In this document: positions 1 through 27,776 of the stretch, one piece after another
Layout of the letters: each line of letters begins with the position of its first letter
Numbering within the stretch: position 1 is the first letter of the stretch
Assembly (NCBI RefSeq): GCF_009914755.1
Contig: NC_060941.1
Origin: the human T2T-CHM13v2.0 reference genome, Homo sapiens
Direction: 5' to 3' (one strand)
Length of the DNA stretch: 64,000 nucleotides
The notes under the pieces: generated by a model
The model's input: only the letters and a program-made list of their open reading frames with translations
What the model was told of the DNA's origin: nothing
Database searches by the model: none
Made by a program: the position numbers and the translations under genes

Positions 1-81
1 AAAGTTCACAATAGTGAAATACAAATCCTTTTTAGTCTACCTCAACACAGTTAATTTTAATAATGTTAGGGGCTATTTTAA

Positions 82-5627
<5,546 letters not shown>

Positions 5628-6345
5628 TTAAGCCAGTGGAATGTAAAATGTTCCTGTACCTTCCTCCCACCTTAGTCTTGGCACTGTAATTCCTCTGAGG
5701 GAAATCTGTACTGATTTCAAAAGGATCAACACTGAACCATTTTTTCCTCTGATGAGAAGCCTGACATAAAGGTAACACCTTAGCTGCCCTCATGATGGCA
5801 GTGGTATGTGGCAGTCCAAGCCCCCTGTAAAGATCACAGGTGCTCCTGATCCCATGGCGTCTCCTGGCCCATGTTCCCAGTGTAGGCTGGTGGTGGTATT
5901 CAGCACTGCCTCTTTCCACCCTCTCCTGATGCTGGCCCATGTGCAAAGGATTCTGTGTGGATTTGTTAATTTGTCAGCTCCTGGGCTTGTGATGCCTACT
6001 GAGTTACATTCCCCACATAGAAAGTCGTTGCTCTTTAATAAGCCAAGTTAAAGGCAGTGACCTACATTTGTTGTGCCTTGGATTGGTGGTAAGATTGAAC
6101 ATATATAGAAAAGCTAAACTATTTTCTCAGGTTTCTTTTTAGGTTGAAGCTAAATAAAAGTGAATGTTAGTAACTAGAACTCTAATTTCTTGTAATTTGG
6201 AAAAAAGAAACCATTCTAGCCAGAGGAAGAAAAAGACAATTCCCTGGCAACTCTTTTCAGAAAGCTATGCCTCTTTGCCATTCATACCCTGAGATCTAAA
6301 ACTGGTGTTAAAAGGATCCCTCGCTTGTTCCTTTTCTCCCCAAAG

Positions 6346-6558
6346 GTTCTGAATCAAACGGAGGATCACCGCCAGAGGGTTCTGCAGGCAGCTGCTAAGA
6401 ACATCCGTGTCTGGTTCATCAAAGTGCGGAAGATGAAGGCCATCTATCACACCCTGAACCTGTGCAACATAGATGTGACTCAGAAATGCTTGATTGCAGA
6501 GGTCTGGTGCCCTGTCACCGACCTTGACTCCATCCAGTTTGCACTCAGAAGGGGCACG
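6346..6558 (+). CDS. ATP6V0A1: ATP6V0A1 coding exon ([13 protein letters not shown]...ALRRGT)
   Basis: polypyrimidine-caaag| ... |gtgagt; 213 nt; contains the [10 protein letters not shown] motif of a-subunits. Confidence 0.97.
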
Positions 6559-6636
6559 GTGAGTCCCCAAAGCTAACAATGCAGCTCGTGGCCCAGAAGA
6601 GAGGTTCCCATCAATAGTAACATTAATGTCATTTTT

Positions 6637-6959
<323 letters not shown>

Positions 6960-7674
6960 TTAATGTCATTTTTATGGCATTTCACCTTCAGAGTTCTTCA
7001 ATATATTTATTTGTCTTTTAACTTGACAGCACATTTCATACATAGCCTGGCATATAATATGTATATCATAGCGTAGCATAGCATATCTTTATTTTGCATA
7101 TGTGGAGACTGCAGTTCAGAGAGCTGAAATAATTTGGTCATATGCCCATGATTCTTCAGGGTTGTTCATGGCCAGGGCATCAGTTTCCTGATGCCCTCTC
7201 TGTATATGACTGTTTCTGTTTAGTAGTTAATTAGAACAACTACTCTGTCCACAGAAGTGCTGTAAGTGCCTGGAGGAGTACAGAGATGTATAAAACATGC
7301 CCTCGAGTATCTTACAGTTTATTAGGAGAGTTCCAACTATGGAGTTGGAAAAAGCTTTAAGCAGGTGGCATTTGATCAGGTCTTTGAAGAATGATAAGTT
7401 GTTGGTAAGACTGCTGAATGAAGAGAAGAAAACAAAGGCAGGAAGTATGGTTAGACCATGTATGTTTGGACAAGAACAGGATTTACAGTGGGTTAGCTGA
7501 AGAGAAGTACCTGTCTGCATCAGGTAGTTTGGAACTTAATTGTGAAAGGTTCTTAAATAATAGCTTAGAAGATTTAAATTTTATTCCAGAGGAAGTTGAG
7601 AGACATTGGAAGTTCTTTAGGGGTAAAGGAACATGATCAAAGCAGTTTGGGTGGTTTTTTACATTTTTAATTTT

Positions 7675-13433
<5,759 letters not shown>

Positions 13434-13522
13434 GGGGGGTGGGTATGGAAAAGAATGTAATATTTGTGGAATTGCTATGGTTTAATGTACTTTGTATTTT
13501 TCTTTTTTTGGTTTCTTCATAG

Positions 13523-13662
13523 CTCCGTATACTATTATCACGTTCCCTTTTCTATTTGCTGTGATGTTTGGAGACTTCGGTCATGGCATTTTAATGACCC
13601 TTTTTGCTGTGTGGATGGTACTGAGGGAGAGCCGGATCCTTTCCCAGAAGAATGAGAATGAG
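13523..13662 (+). CDS. ATP6V0A1: ATP6V0A1 coding exon ((A)[21 protein letters not shown]...KNENE)
   Basis: catag| ... |gtaatg; 140 nt; [11 protein letters not shown] signature. Confidence 0.97.
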
Positions 13663-13948
13663 GTAATGTTTAAGTTACATCTGCATTGAACTGAAATTTT
13701 ATAATTTCCCAAGCATTCATTATGAAAATTATGATCTGGAAGTCTTTTATCCATGAATTTATCAAAAGGAAGTAGAGAAGTTATGTTCATTTTAACACCA
13801 AAGACGACATGTGCAAGCTGGAAGTGGTAGTGTGTGCCTGTAGTCCCAGCTACTTGGAGGCTGAGGCAGGAGAATCACTTGAGCCCAGGAATTCGAGACC
13901 AGCATAGGCAACATAGTGAGACCCCATCTCTAAAAAAATAAAAATTAT

Positions 13949-14029
13949 TTAGGTTTGGTGCAAAAGTTATTGCGGTTTTGGCTGCCAAAAGAAATGGCCA
14001 AAACCGCAGTAACTTTTGTGCCAACCTAA
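13949..14029. mobile_element. MADE1 (Hsmar1-derived MITE), ~80-bp palindrome
   Basis: Terminal inverted repeats ttaggtttggtgcaaaagttattgcggttttg / caaaaccgcagtaacttttgtgccaacctaa around a short spacer. Confidence 0.9.
13962..14019 (+). ncRNA. MIR548AT: miR-548-family hairpin (MIR548AT); 5p arm ~13962-13983, 3p arm ~13999-14019
   Basis: AAAAGTTATTGCGGTTTTGGCT pairs with CAAAACCGCAGTAACTTTTGT; the miR-548 family is MADE1-derived; name from recall. Confidence 0.8.
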
Positions 14030-14222
14030 TAAAAAAATAGAGGCCACATCCTGTGAAAGTGACTGTCTCATTAGCATTGTATTTTGGTTTTTACTTCAAG
14101 CTCTCTGAATCAGGATGGGGTAAAGTAGTGCTGGAGAAAGGGGCAGGTATATTCTGAATAACATTGTCACAATGTGAGCTGCAGTGAGTACATTCTCATT
14201 ACTTCTTTCTTCTGGTTCCCAG

Positions 14223-14377
14223 ATGTTTAGCACTGTGTTCAGTGGTCGATACATTATTTTATTGATGGGTGTGTTCTCCATGTACACTGGCCTCATCTAC
14301 AATGATTGCTTTTCCAAGTCTCTTAATATCTTTGGGTCATCCTGGAGTGTACGGCCGATGTTTACTTATAATTGGAC
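14223..14377 (+). CDS. ATP6V0A1: ATP6V0A1 coding exon ([33 protein letters not shown]...YNW)
   Basis: cccag| ... |gtaagt; 155 nt; [17 protein letters not shown] motifs. Confidence 0.97.
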
Positions 14378-14814
14378 GTAAGTTGCAGAAGAAGCTAAAA
14401 TTCAAAGCTTATTCCTTTCATGTGCAGCCCTGATTTTTAAGACAAGTGGTAAACTGACACTTCTTTAGGAAGTGGTGACAGTGTCTCCTCATTCATGCTC
14501 CACACTGTGAGTTGCTTTGTGATTTGTTCAGCAAGTATCCAGGAACTAAGATTAGAAATGATTTTTTTTTTTTTTGGAAACTAAAACCAGATTCCCCAGT
14601 TCCCTACTTGATTGTGTGTTTGTGTGTTTAATTTTTCTTTTTGTCATTTTGGATCCCTCAGTCTCAGCTGCTAGTCTCTCCTCTTTATTTTTCCCCTCCC
14701 ATTTTATTGAAGAGACAAGATAGCTACAGTAATTTATTTTGGGGTCAGTTTCTGGACCCTTGTTGTTTCCCTCTCTTGTTCAAAAATAATGTGACTTTTT
14801 CCCTGTCATGGTAG

Positions 14815-14905
14815 TGAAGAGACGCTTCGGGGGAACCCTGTTCTACAGCTGAACCCAGCCCTCCCTGGAGTGTTTGGTGGACCATACCCTTTTGGCATTG
14901 ATCCA
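14815..14905 (+). CDS. ATP6V0A1: ATP6V0A1 coding exon ((T)[30 protein letters not shown])
   Basis: ggtag| ... |gtaaga; 91 nt; YPFGIDP motif. Confidence 0.96.
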
Positions 14906-15004
14906 GTAAGAGGACTTCCTTCCTATATGCTAACCTCAAATTTTTTAACACTAACCCTGAAGCAAGAGAATTAAAATGAAGATAAATAGTTATGTGGGCT
15001 TTCA

Positions 15005-19700
<4,696 letters not shown>

Positions 19701-19894
19701 AGGTTCAAAAGTTTGACCGTGATAGTTAATCCTGCATTGTCTCTGTTGTCTCCAGCTTCTGGTTGCTGCTGCTTAAAGTGATAAAGACAGAATTGAGGGG
19801 GTATTAAGTAGAAAAATCTAGTGAATACTCCATTCAGTGTAGGAGTGGCCCTAGGCCCATTTACCCTTAACATTTTTTTCTCTCTCCTTTTTAG

Positions 19895-20111
19895 CTATTT
19901 CAAGAAGCCCCTGAATATCTACTTTGGATTTATTCCTGAAATAATCTTCATGACCTCTTTGTTTGGCTATTTGGTTATCCTTATTTTTTACAAGTGGACG
20001 GCCTATGATGCTCATACCTCTGAGAATGCACCAAGCCTTCTGATCCATTTCATAAACATGTTCCTCTTTTCCTACCCAGAGTCTGGTTATTCAATGTTGT
20101 ATTCTGGACAG
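19895..20111 (+). CDS. ATP6V0A1: ATP6V0A1 coding exon ((I)YFKKPLNIYFGFIPE...MLYSGQ)
   Basis: ttttag| ... |gtacgt; 217 nt; APSLLIHFINMFL motif. Confidence 0.97.
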
Positions 20112-20384
20112 GTACGTCAGCCCAGAGGCAGACTGTCTGAGATGATTATACTTGATCAGGAAGCCAGATGTTTCTCTGACCCTAAAAAATTTATAACTGC
20201 CCTTCTATGGGACAATTCTAGGGCTTTGCCACAAAATGTGATAATTATTTTGAGAAATTGGATAGTGTTATTCATAGATTAGTAAGAAAGTACTGTTGGG
20301 GGAAATTTGTGCCATATTTGGAAACTGCGTATGTGATCGGTAGACTTTTATATGATGTACCTTGTCCTTCTTCTTACTCTGCAG

Positions 20385-20492
20385 AAAGGAATTCAGTGTT
20401 TCCTGGTAGTGGTTGCACTACTGTGTGTACCTTGGATGCTGCTGTTTAAACCATTGGTCCTTCGCCGTCAGTATTTGAGGAGAAAGCATTTG
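20385..20492 (+). CDS. ATP6V0A1: ATP6V0A1 coding exon (KGIQCFLVVVALLCVPWMLLFKPLVLRRQYLRRKHL)
   Basis: ctgcag| ... |gtaggt; 108 nt, phase 0/0. Confidence 0.97.
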
Positions 20493-20569
20493 GTAGGTGT
20501 ATTTCTATTGCTAAAAGTTACTAGACTTTTGTTTTGTTCAAGATCAAGGCAATTCCCCAGTGGATATAA

Positions 20570-21245
<676 letters not shown>

Positions 21246-21676
21246 ACGCATTTGTGTTATGTCCCAGCACGAGCACTGGGCCTGCCAAGTCAGAGAAACA
21301 TGTCTGCTGCTCAAGATATCTGGATTCAGCTTTGAGTAGCTAGAGGAGAGAAAAGTCACAAATTTTTACCTTTCCTGGTCATGCTTTTGCTCACGCTGCG
21401 CTCAGGAAAATGTAGGCCTATGCCTGTCTAGATGTAGCATCAGCCAAAGCCAAGCAAAGCTGCAAGAGCTGCAGATGGGTGAACTCACTCATGCGGTTTG
21501 CCTGGGCAACCACAGGACTGACATTGAGACATTTTCCTTTCAAATGAGACTGTGATAACTTTCACTGACCAAAACATCTGGGAAAAAGGTTTGGTTTAAA
21601 GCACGTTGATTTTTTTTCTTTTTAAAAAGCAGCATATGTATATACGTTTACTTAATGTCTGTGTGTATATGAATTC

Positions 21677-21704
21677 TGCGCGCGCACACACACACACACA
21701 CACA
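21677..21704. repeat. (GC)n(AC)n alternating purine-pyrimidine microsatellite
   Basis: tgcgcgcgcacacacacacacacacaca. Confidence 0.95.
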
Positions 21705-21981
21705 GAGTTAAATTTGCGAGATGTTCAGTATCATGCATAATTTCTGGGTATCCAATAGCACTTACTTTACACTGCCTGGGAAAACCCAAACGATCTTGTT
21801 GCATGACTCTTAAACGGCTGTTAGATGATGACTCCCGTGGAGAGCAGCTGAGTTACAAGACCCTCCTTCTCCCTTTTCTGACCATCTTCATCCTTCCATG
21901 TACCCTCCATTTGTCTCCCCACTTCACTCCCTCCCTCTTTTGTTTTCTTTCCCCTTCTTCTTTTCTTCCATTCACTATCAG

Positions 21982-22056
21982 GAAGGGCAACCTGTGGAGG
22001 CCCCAGTCAGCCCAAACCCGAGCCAACAGGGACTAGAGGCAGCAGCGGCTGCAACA
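21982..22056 (+). CDS. ATP6V0A1: Candidate in-frame alternative cassette exon of ATP6V0A1 (EGQPVEAPVSPNPSQQGLEAAAAAT)
   Basis: ~120-nt AG-free pyrimidine tract ending tatcag|; 75 nt with no stop; |gtgagt donor; phase 0/0 like the flanking exons. Confidence 0.65.
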
Positions 22057-22961
22057 GTGAGTGAATTAAAACCAACAAACCATCACATTTCATTTAAAGA
22101 GGTGGCAAACAGTGCAGCAGAATTCTTTTTAATTAAATTGAGAGCATGGGACATGTGTACTTTTGGGAAATATGTCCTTGTTACTCACTGAGATGATGAC
22201 AGAAGTTCCACCTCTTAAGAATAGATTCTGGCATCATCTTTAGCATTGGTCTACTAAGTTTCTATTCAAAAATGTAAGTACAGGCATGTCCATGGCAACA
22301 AAGTGGCTTGTTGTACCCTCACTGAGTCCCATCATCTTAATCCAAGATGACAGCTCTTGGACTCACCCACTTTCATGTCTGTATTTTGTGACCATGTATT
22401 GGATGATTTTTCAGCATGGAAGCGAGAATATCTCTGTGATTCTTGAATTGATTTCCCTGCACTTTAGAGTTCTACTTTAGAGTGATGCTTGGACATTTGA
22501 TCTTTTTTAGTAGTAACTTACCTTCTTTTTGAAAGTGAAAGTTTATACATGTTTAGTTTTTTGTGAGAAACTCAGAAGACCTCACATGTCCTCAGCTGTT
22601 CCAGTGAGACCTCTGCTCTCCGATGTGTCGTGTGTACTGTCATCTGGTGTCATAACCAAAGTGATCTGTCTTGATCCTTCCCTCTTCTGATACTAATTCA
22701 AGATTCAGTAACAGCACTTTGAATATTTGTCCTTAAAAACATCTTTTAAACAAAATCTTACAATGCACAAATATATTAGCCTAATATATTCTAAGTTATG
22801 AATGAATCTATAAGATTGTAAAAGTCTCACCAGTAGTGATTACGCATTACTTCTATGTGCTCGAAGCATATACTTCTTTAAATAAAATGAAAGATTTAGA
22901 TGGATAACCATTTCCTTCATTAAGTGTTTCTGATGATTTTAAACTTGGAAAATTTCTTATG

Positions 22962-23009
22962 GTCATCCTTCTGGAACTAGTCTAAGTCATCCTTCTGGAA
23001 CTAGTCTAA
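22962..23009. repeat. Perfect 24-bp tandem duplication (gtcatccttctggaactagtctaa x2)
   Basis: Read directly from the sequence. Confidence 0.97.
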
Positions 23010-24224
23010 AAGGGCTGACATTTTGAGTCAGAAAAAATTTTAATCTTGCTGCTTAAAATACATTTTCAAGTAGGGACTTCCCTGTGAGACATTTAACAAA
23101 CCTTTAGAACACATACTACCTATTGTCAATGTCCTTAACACATACTCTTTTTTCTGCTAGTCTTAGCATATATAAGATGTGCTTCTGACAAGATCTTAAT
23201 GCATTTAAGTCTTGCGACTTCTTCTGTGATAAATTCTAAGTTAAAAGTTCCCCGTTTGGAAACCTGCACATTCATAGGGTCTTCTTACCCCACTGGTTCT
23301 TTAGCCAAACATCTGTTCCTGGAGAGCAGCCTGAAGGCATCAGGATGATCAGTCTACAAGAAAGTCTCTGGATTTTTGACCCCAGAGGGCTGAGGATATG
23401 AACAGTGATCTGGTTTTGTTCTGTTCTTTGTCCCCTTGGTTGTCTGTGAGTGATATATCACAGTTTAATTTTTCTTTTCTTTTTTCTGCTGACATGTGTC
23501 TCTCATCCCCCTTCCTGTAACTCTCATTCCTGTGTTCTGAAGAGATCATTATTAGTGTCTGGCTGGGAGATTTAACCTGTCTGCTCCTCAGTTTATCTGC
23601 TAGTTGGAGAAAGCTTCAGAAATGGCCTTCTACTTTGGGAGCCTTGAACCTTGAAGCCTTCCTCCTATATCTTATAACCCAGCCGAGGTTATGCAGGAGT
23701 CCCCTCCTGTGCCCTTCGTTGCATTTTCAGTCCACCTTCTGAGGGTTGCCAGGTGGAATATGTGCATGACCTGGAGGTGTCCAGGCTCTGGTGGCCCACA
23801 AGTCTGACTGCACATCACAGTCACCTGGTAGACTTTGAATTTGTTTCTTAGGGTATTAAAACAAATAAGTGGAAGAAGAAATAAAAGTGGCCCATAATTT
23901 CATGGTCCTGACAATCCCCTACTGACATTAAAAAAATAAAGCAATAGGTGCACTTGGCTAGAGAATGCATATAGTGCTAACTAAGAAGAAAACCACCTGC
24001 CCCCACTACAGTCCTCCTCTTCAGGGGGCATTGTTAACAGGTGGGGGCCTTGCCTCTGACAGATATCTGCCTGTCTTCTATTGATAGGTGTGTGTGTGCT
24101 CTATGCATCTAGAAAAAGACACATGAGGAATTGTGTTTTAAACTGTGGCACTGTTCTGCCTCTCGATCTATTACGTTTTTTAAAAGTTAGTGTATCTTGA
24201 AGATTGTTTCATAGTGATAATCAC

Positions 24225-25365
<1,141 letters not shown>

Positions 25366-26706
25366 TGATAAACCCTTCACAATGATTATACAATTTGTAC
25401 TTGGGAATATATTTTTAAAATACAGATTTATTGGGCCCCACCCCAGAACTACTAAATTTACAATTTCTGGGAGTAGTATTTGAGAATTTCTATTTAAAAT
25501 GCAGCTTTTGGGGTAATTCTAATGCAACTAGTTCTCTGACCAGCATGTTAAGGACCACTGCTAGAGTAGGAGGGAGGATTTGTGCAAATAATTAGATCTG
25601 AGGTGGGCATTAAACTGTGATGAGAGCTGTGGCAAAAAATGGCACACCAGGAGGTGGAGCTGAGGATGAGGAGCGCAGGGCAGCTGCGCAGGCCTCCTGC
25701 ACGCTACTCATGCTGCTGCCCGAAGGCCAGGTTGCAGGAGAGCTGCCCTTGAGCTCTTGCCTTGTTTGGCCCCCTGGACAGAAACCATATGAAGTGATTC
25801 TGGGGGCTGCTGTTTAAATTCCTTTTCACGCTGTGGCAGGTTAGCACTAATTGGGATCTGTGAGACTTAACTCATTTCTGCCTGGTTTTTTTTCCCAAAG
25901 AGTCTTTTTTGCTTTGGGTTTGGAAAAACTCAAGTTTTTTCAAATCAAGTTGACTTTAAAATCTACTTTTGGAGACCCTACAAAAGACTGTGTTTGTGAA
26001 CTCAGAAGAAGCAAATGCCCCATCAGCGTCTGCCCACGTGCCTGTGGAAGAATTGTTCTAACATTCCAGAGCTGTCTGCTGAAGAAAAGGAGCCCCTACT
26101 CATCTTTTTAAGCTCAGCATTCTCTAGCCACAAGTGAATGTACATTAAGCATTTTTTTCCTTCTCTGACCTTGGAAGCTTTTTGTTCCTGGGCAGAGACA
26201 TGGTACATTTCTGGAAGAAGTTGCTGGAATTCTTGGGCTCCTGTTAAAAGCTTATCAGACTAGGGTACAATCACAATGTCACTTGGCCCCCCTTCCTCTT
26301 AGAAAGTCTAATCGTTAGGGCCAGAAAAGCTTAGGCCCTTGCAGCCTTTACAGATAGAGCTGTACTTGTTGTGAGAATCTGTTCATATTAAGGTTTTCAT
26401 TCAAGCAGGATTCTCAATTAGTGTTGACCCAGGTGAGGCTGGTGCCTCTTGGCACAGCAGACAGAACTGCATATTTCCTCTGAAGCAGGGTAAGGTGGTA
26501 ATTGTAGGTTGGGCTGGGGCTGGGGAGGCGGTGGTTGGGGTGGAACAGTTGTTTGATTTTACTTAGCCGTTCAGTCTGTGGGTTTTGTTTTTGTTGTTAG
26601 ACATATGCTTTTCTGAGGTTTGTGTTACTAACCATCGCCCTTCCCACCTCACAGAATGTCATGTTAAAGCCCAGGCAAATTCTACTCTTTCTGTTCATCT
26701 GTGTAG

Positions 26707-26814
26707 GGAACTCTCAACTTTGGTGGGATCAGGGTGGGCAACGGACCGACAGAGGAGGATGCTGAGATTATTCAGCATGACCAGCTCTCCACCCACTCAG
26801 AGGACGCAGACGAG
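26707..26814 (+). CDS. ATP6V0A1: ATP6V0A1 coding exon (GTLNFGGIRVGNGPTEEDAEIIQHDQLSTHSEDADE)
   Basis: tgtag| ... |gtaaga; 108 nt, phase 0/0. Confidence 0.96.
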
Positions 26815-27758
26815 GTAAGATCCCGTGGTGTGGGCTTTCTCTCCTTCCACCTCGGGTCAGCCCTAGTCTTGTGTACCTAAGAGGCCTCACTCCAGTCTTC
26901 TCCTTGAAAAATAAAAATACTAATTAATATTCAGCCTGCCTTCTGGACCTCTTAGGGCACCACAGCTTTTTCCAGTGGGCCCTGCCCTAAGCTCCAGCTG
27001 TTGCCCCCAGAGCCCGCAGCAGTTTTGCTCCTATCTTGAATTCCAGATTTTGCCCGCAGTGCTCTGCACGCAGGTCTCCATTACTGACTGCTCTCTCACC
27101 TGAGGCAGAGCAGGCCTCAGCATCCCAGCTCTTATGACCTGAAACACAGGTCACTAAGCACAGCTTCTTCATCCATTGACCCTTCCAAGGATCGTTCCAA
27201 TTACATTACTGACCAGCTATAATCACTGGTACTTTTGAAGTCCTACACCACTGATGTGTTCTTGCTGCAGATATTTTGTTTGAGCTTTTTTGGTGTCATT
27301 TGCCTACTTTTTACAGGGAGAGAGAGAATTAGGCCAAACTAGACTTTTCCTTAAGATACCACCTCCAAGCCCACTCTCCTTGCCTGACCCCTTGTAGCAC
27401 AAAGCCTCTGAACTGAACTATTAAATCTCATCTACTCATTATGTTCTTTTTAAAGCAAATAAAATAGGAGTTGAGGACTCAAGTTGGACTTTTCAGTCTG
27501 TCTGACCACTTTCACTATATATGATTTTTTAAAAAAGAAATCACAAGGGTTGTGGATGCCTTTAAAAAATATGTATCTTAATGCTCTAAATTCCTGCTGA
27601 TTTCGCTTTGTGTATATGCTGAGGAGGCCTGCCTCCAACGTGCTAGCCCATTTAACATGAACAGTCCTCCCCAAGAAGCATTCAGTAGCCTTGTGCTCCT
27701 AACTTGTGACCTTGTGTGTGGCGTGGCTCCCCACTAAGTGTAAATTTGTGTTTTCAAG

Positions 27759-27776
27759 CCTTCCGAGGACGAAGTG
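27759..27776 (+). CDS. ATP6V0A1: ATP6V0A1 18-nt alternative microexon (PSEDEV)
   Basis: ttttcaag|CCTTCCGAGGACGAAGTG|gtaaga; gives the known a1 sequence ...EDADE-PSEDEV-FDFGD... Confidence 0.9.
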
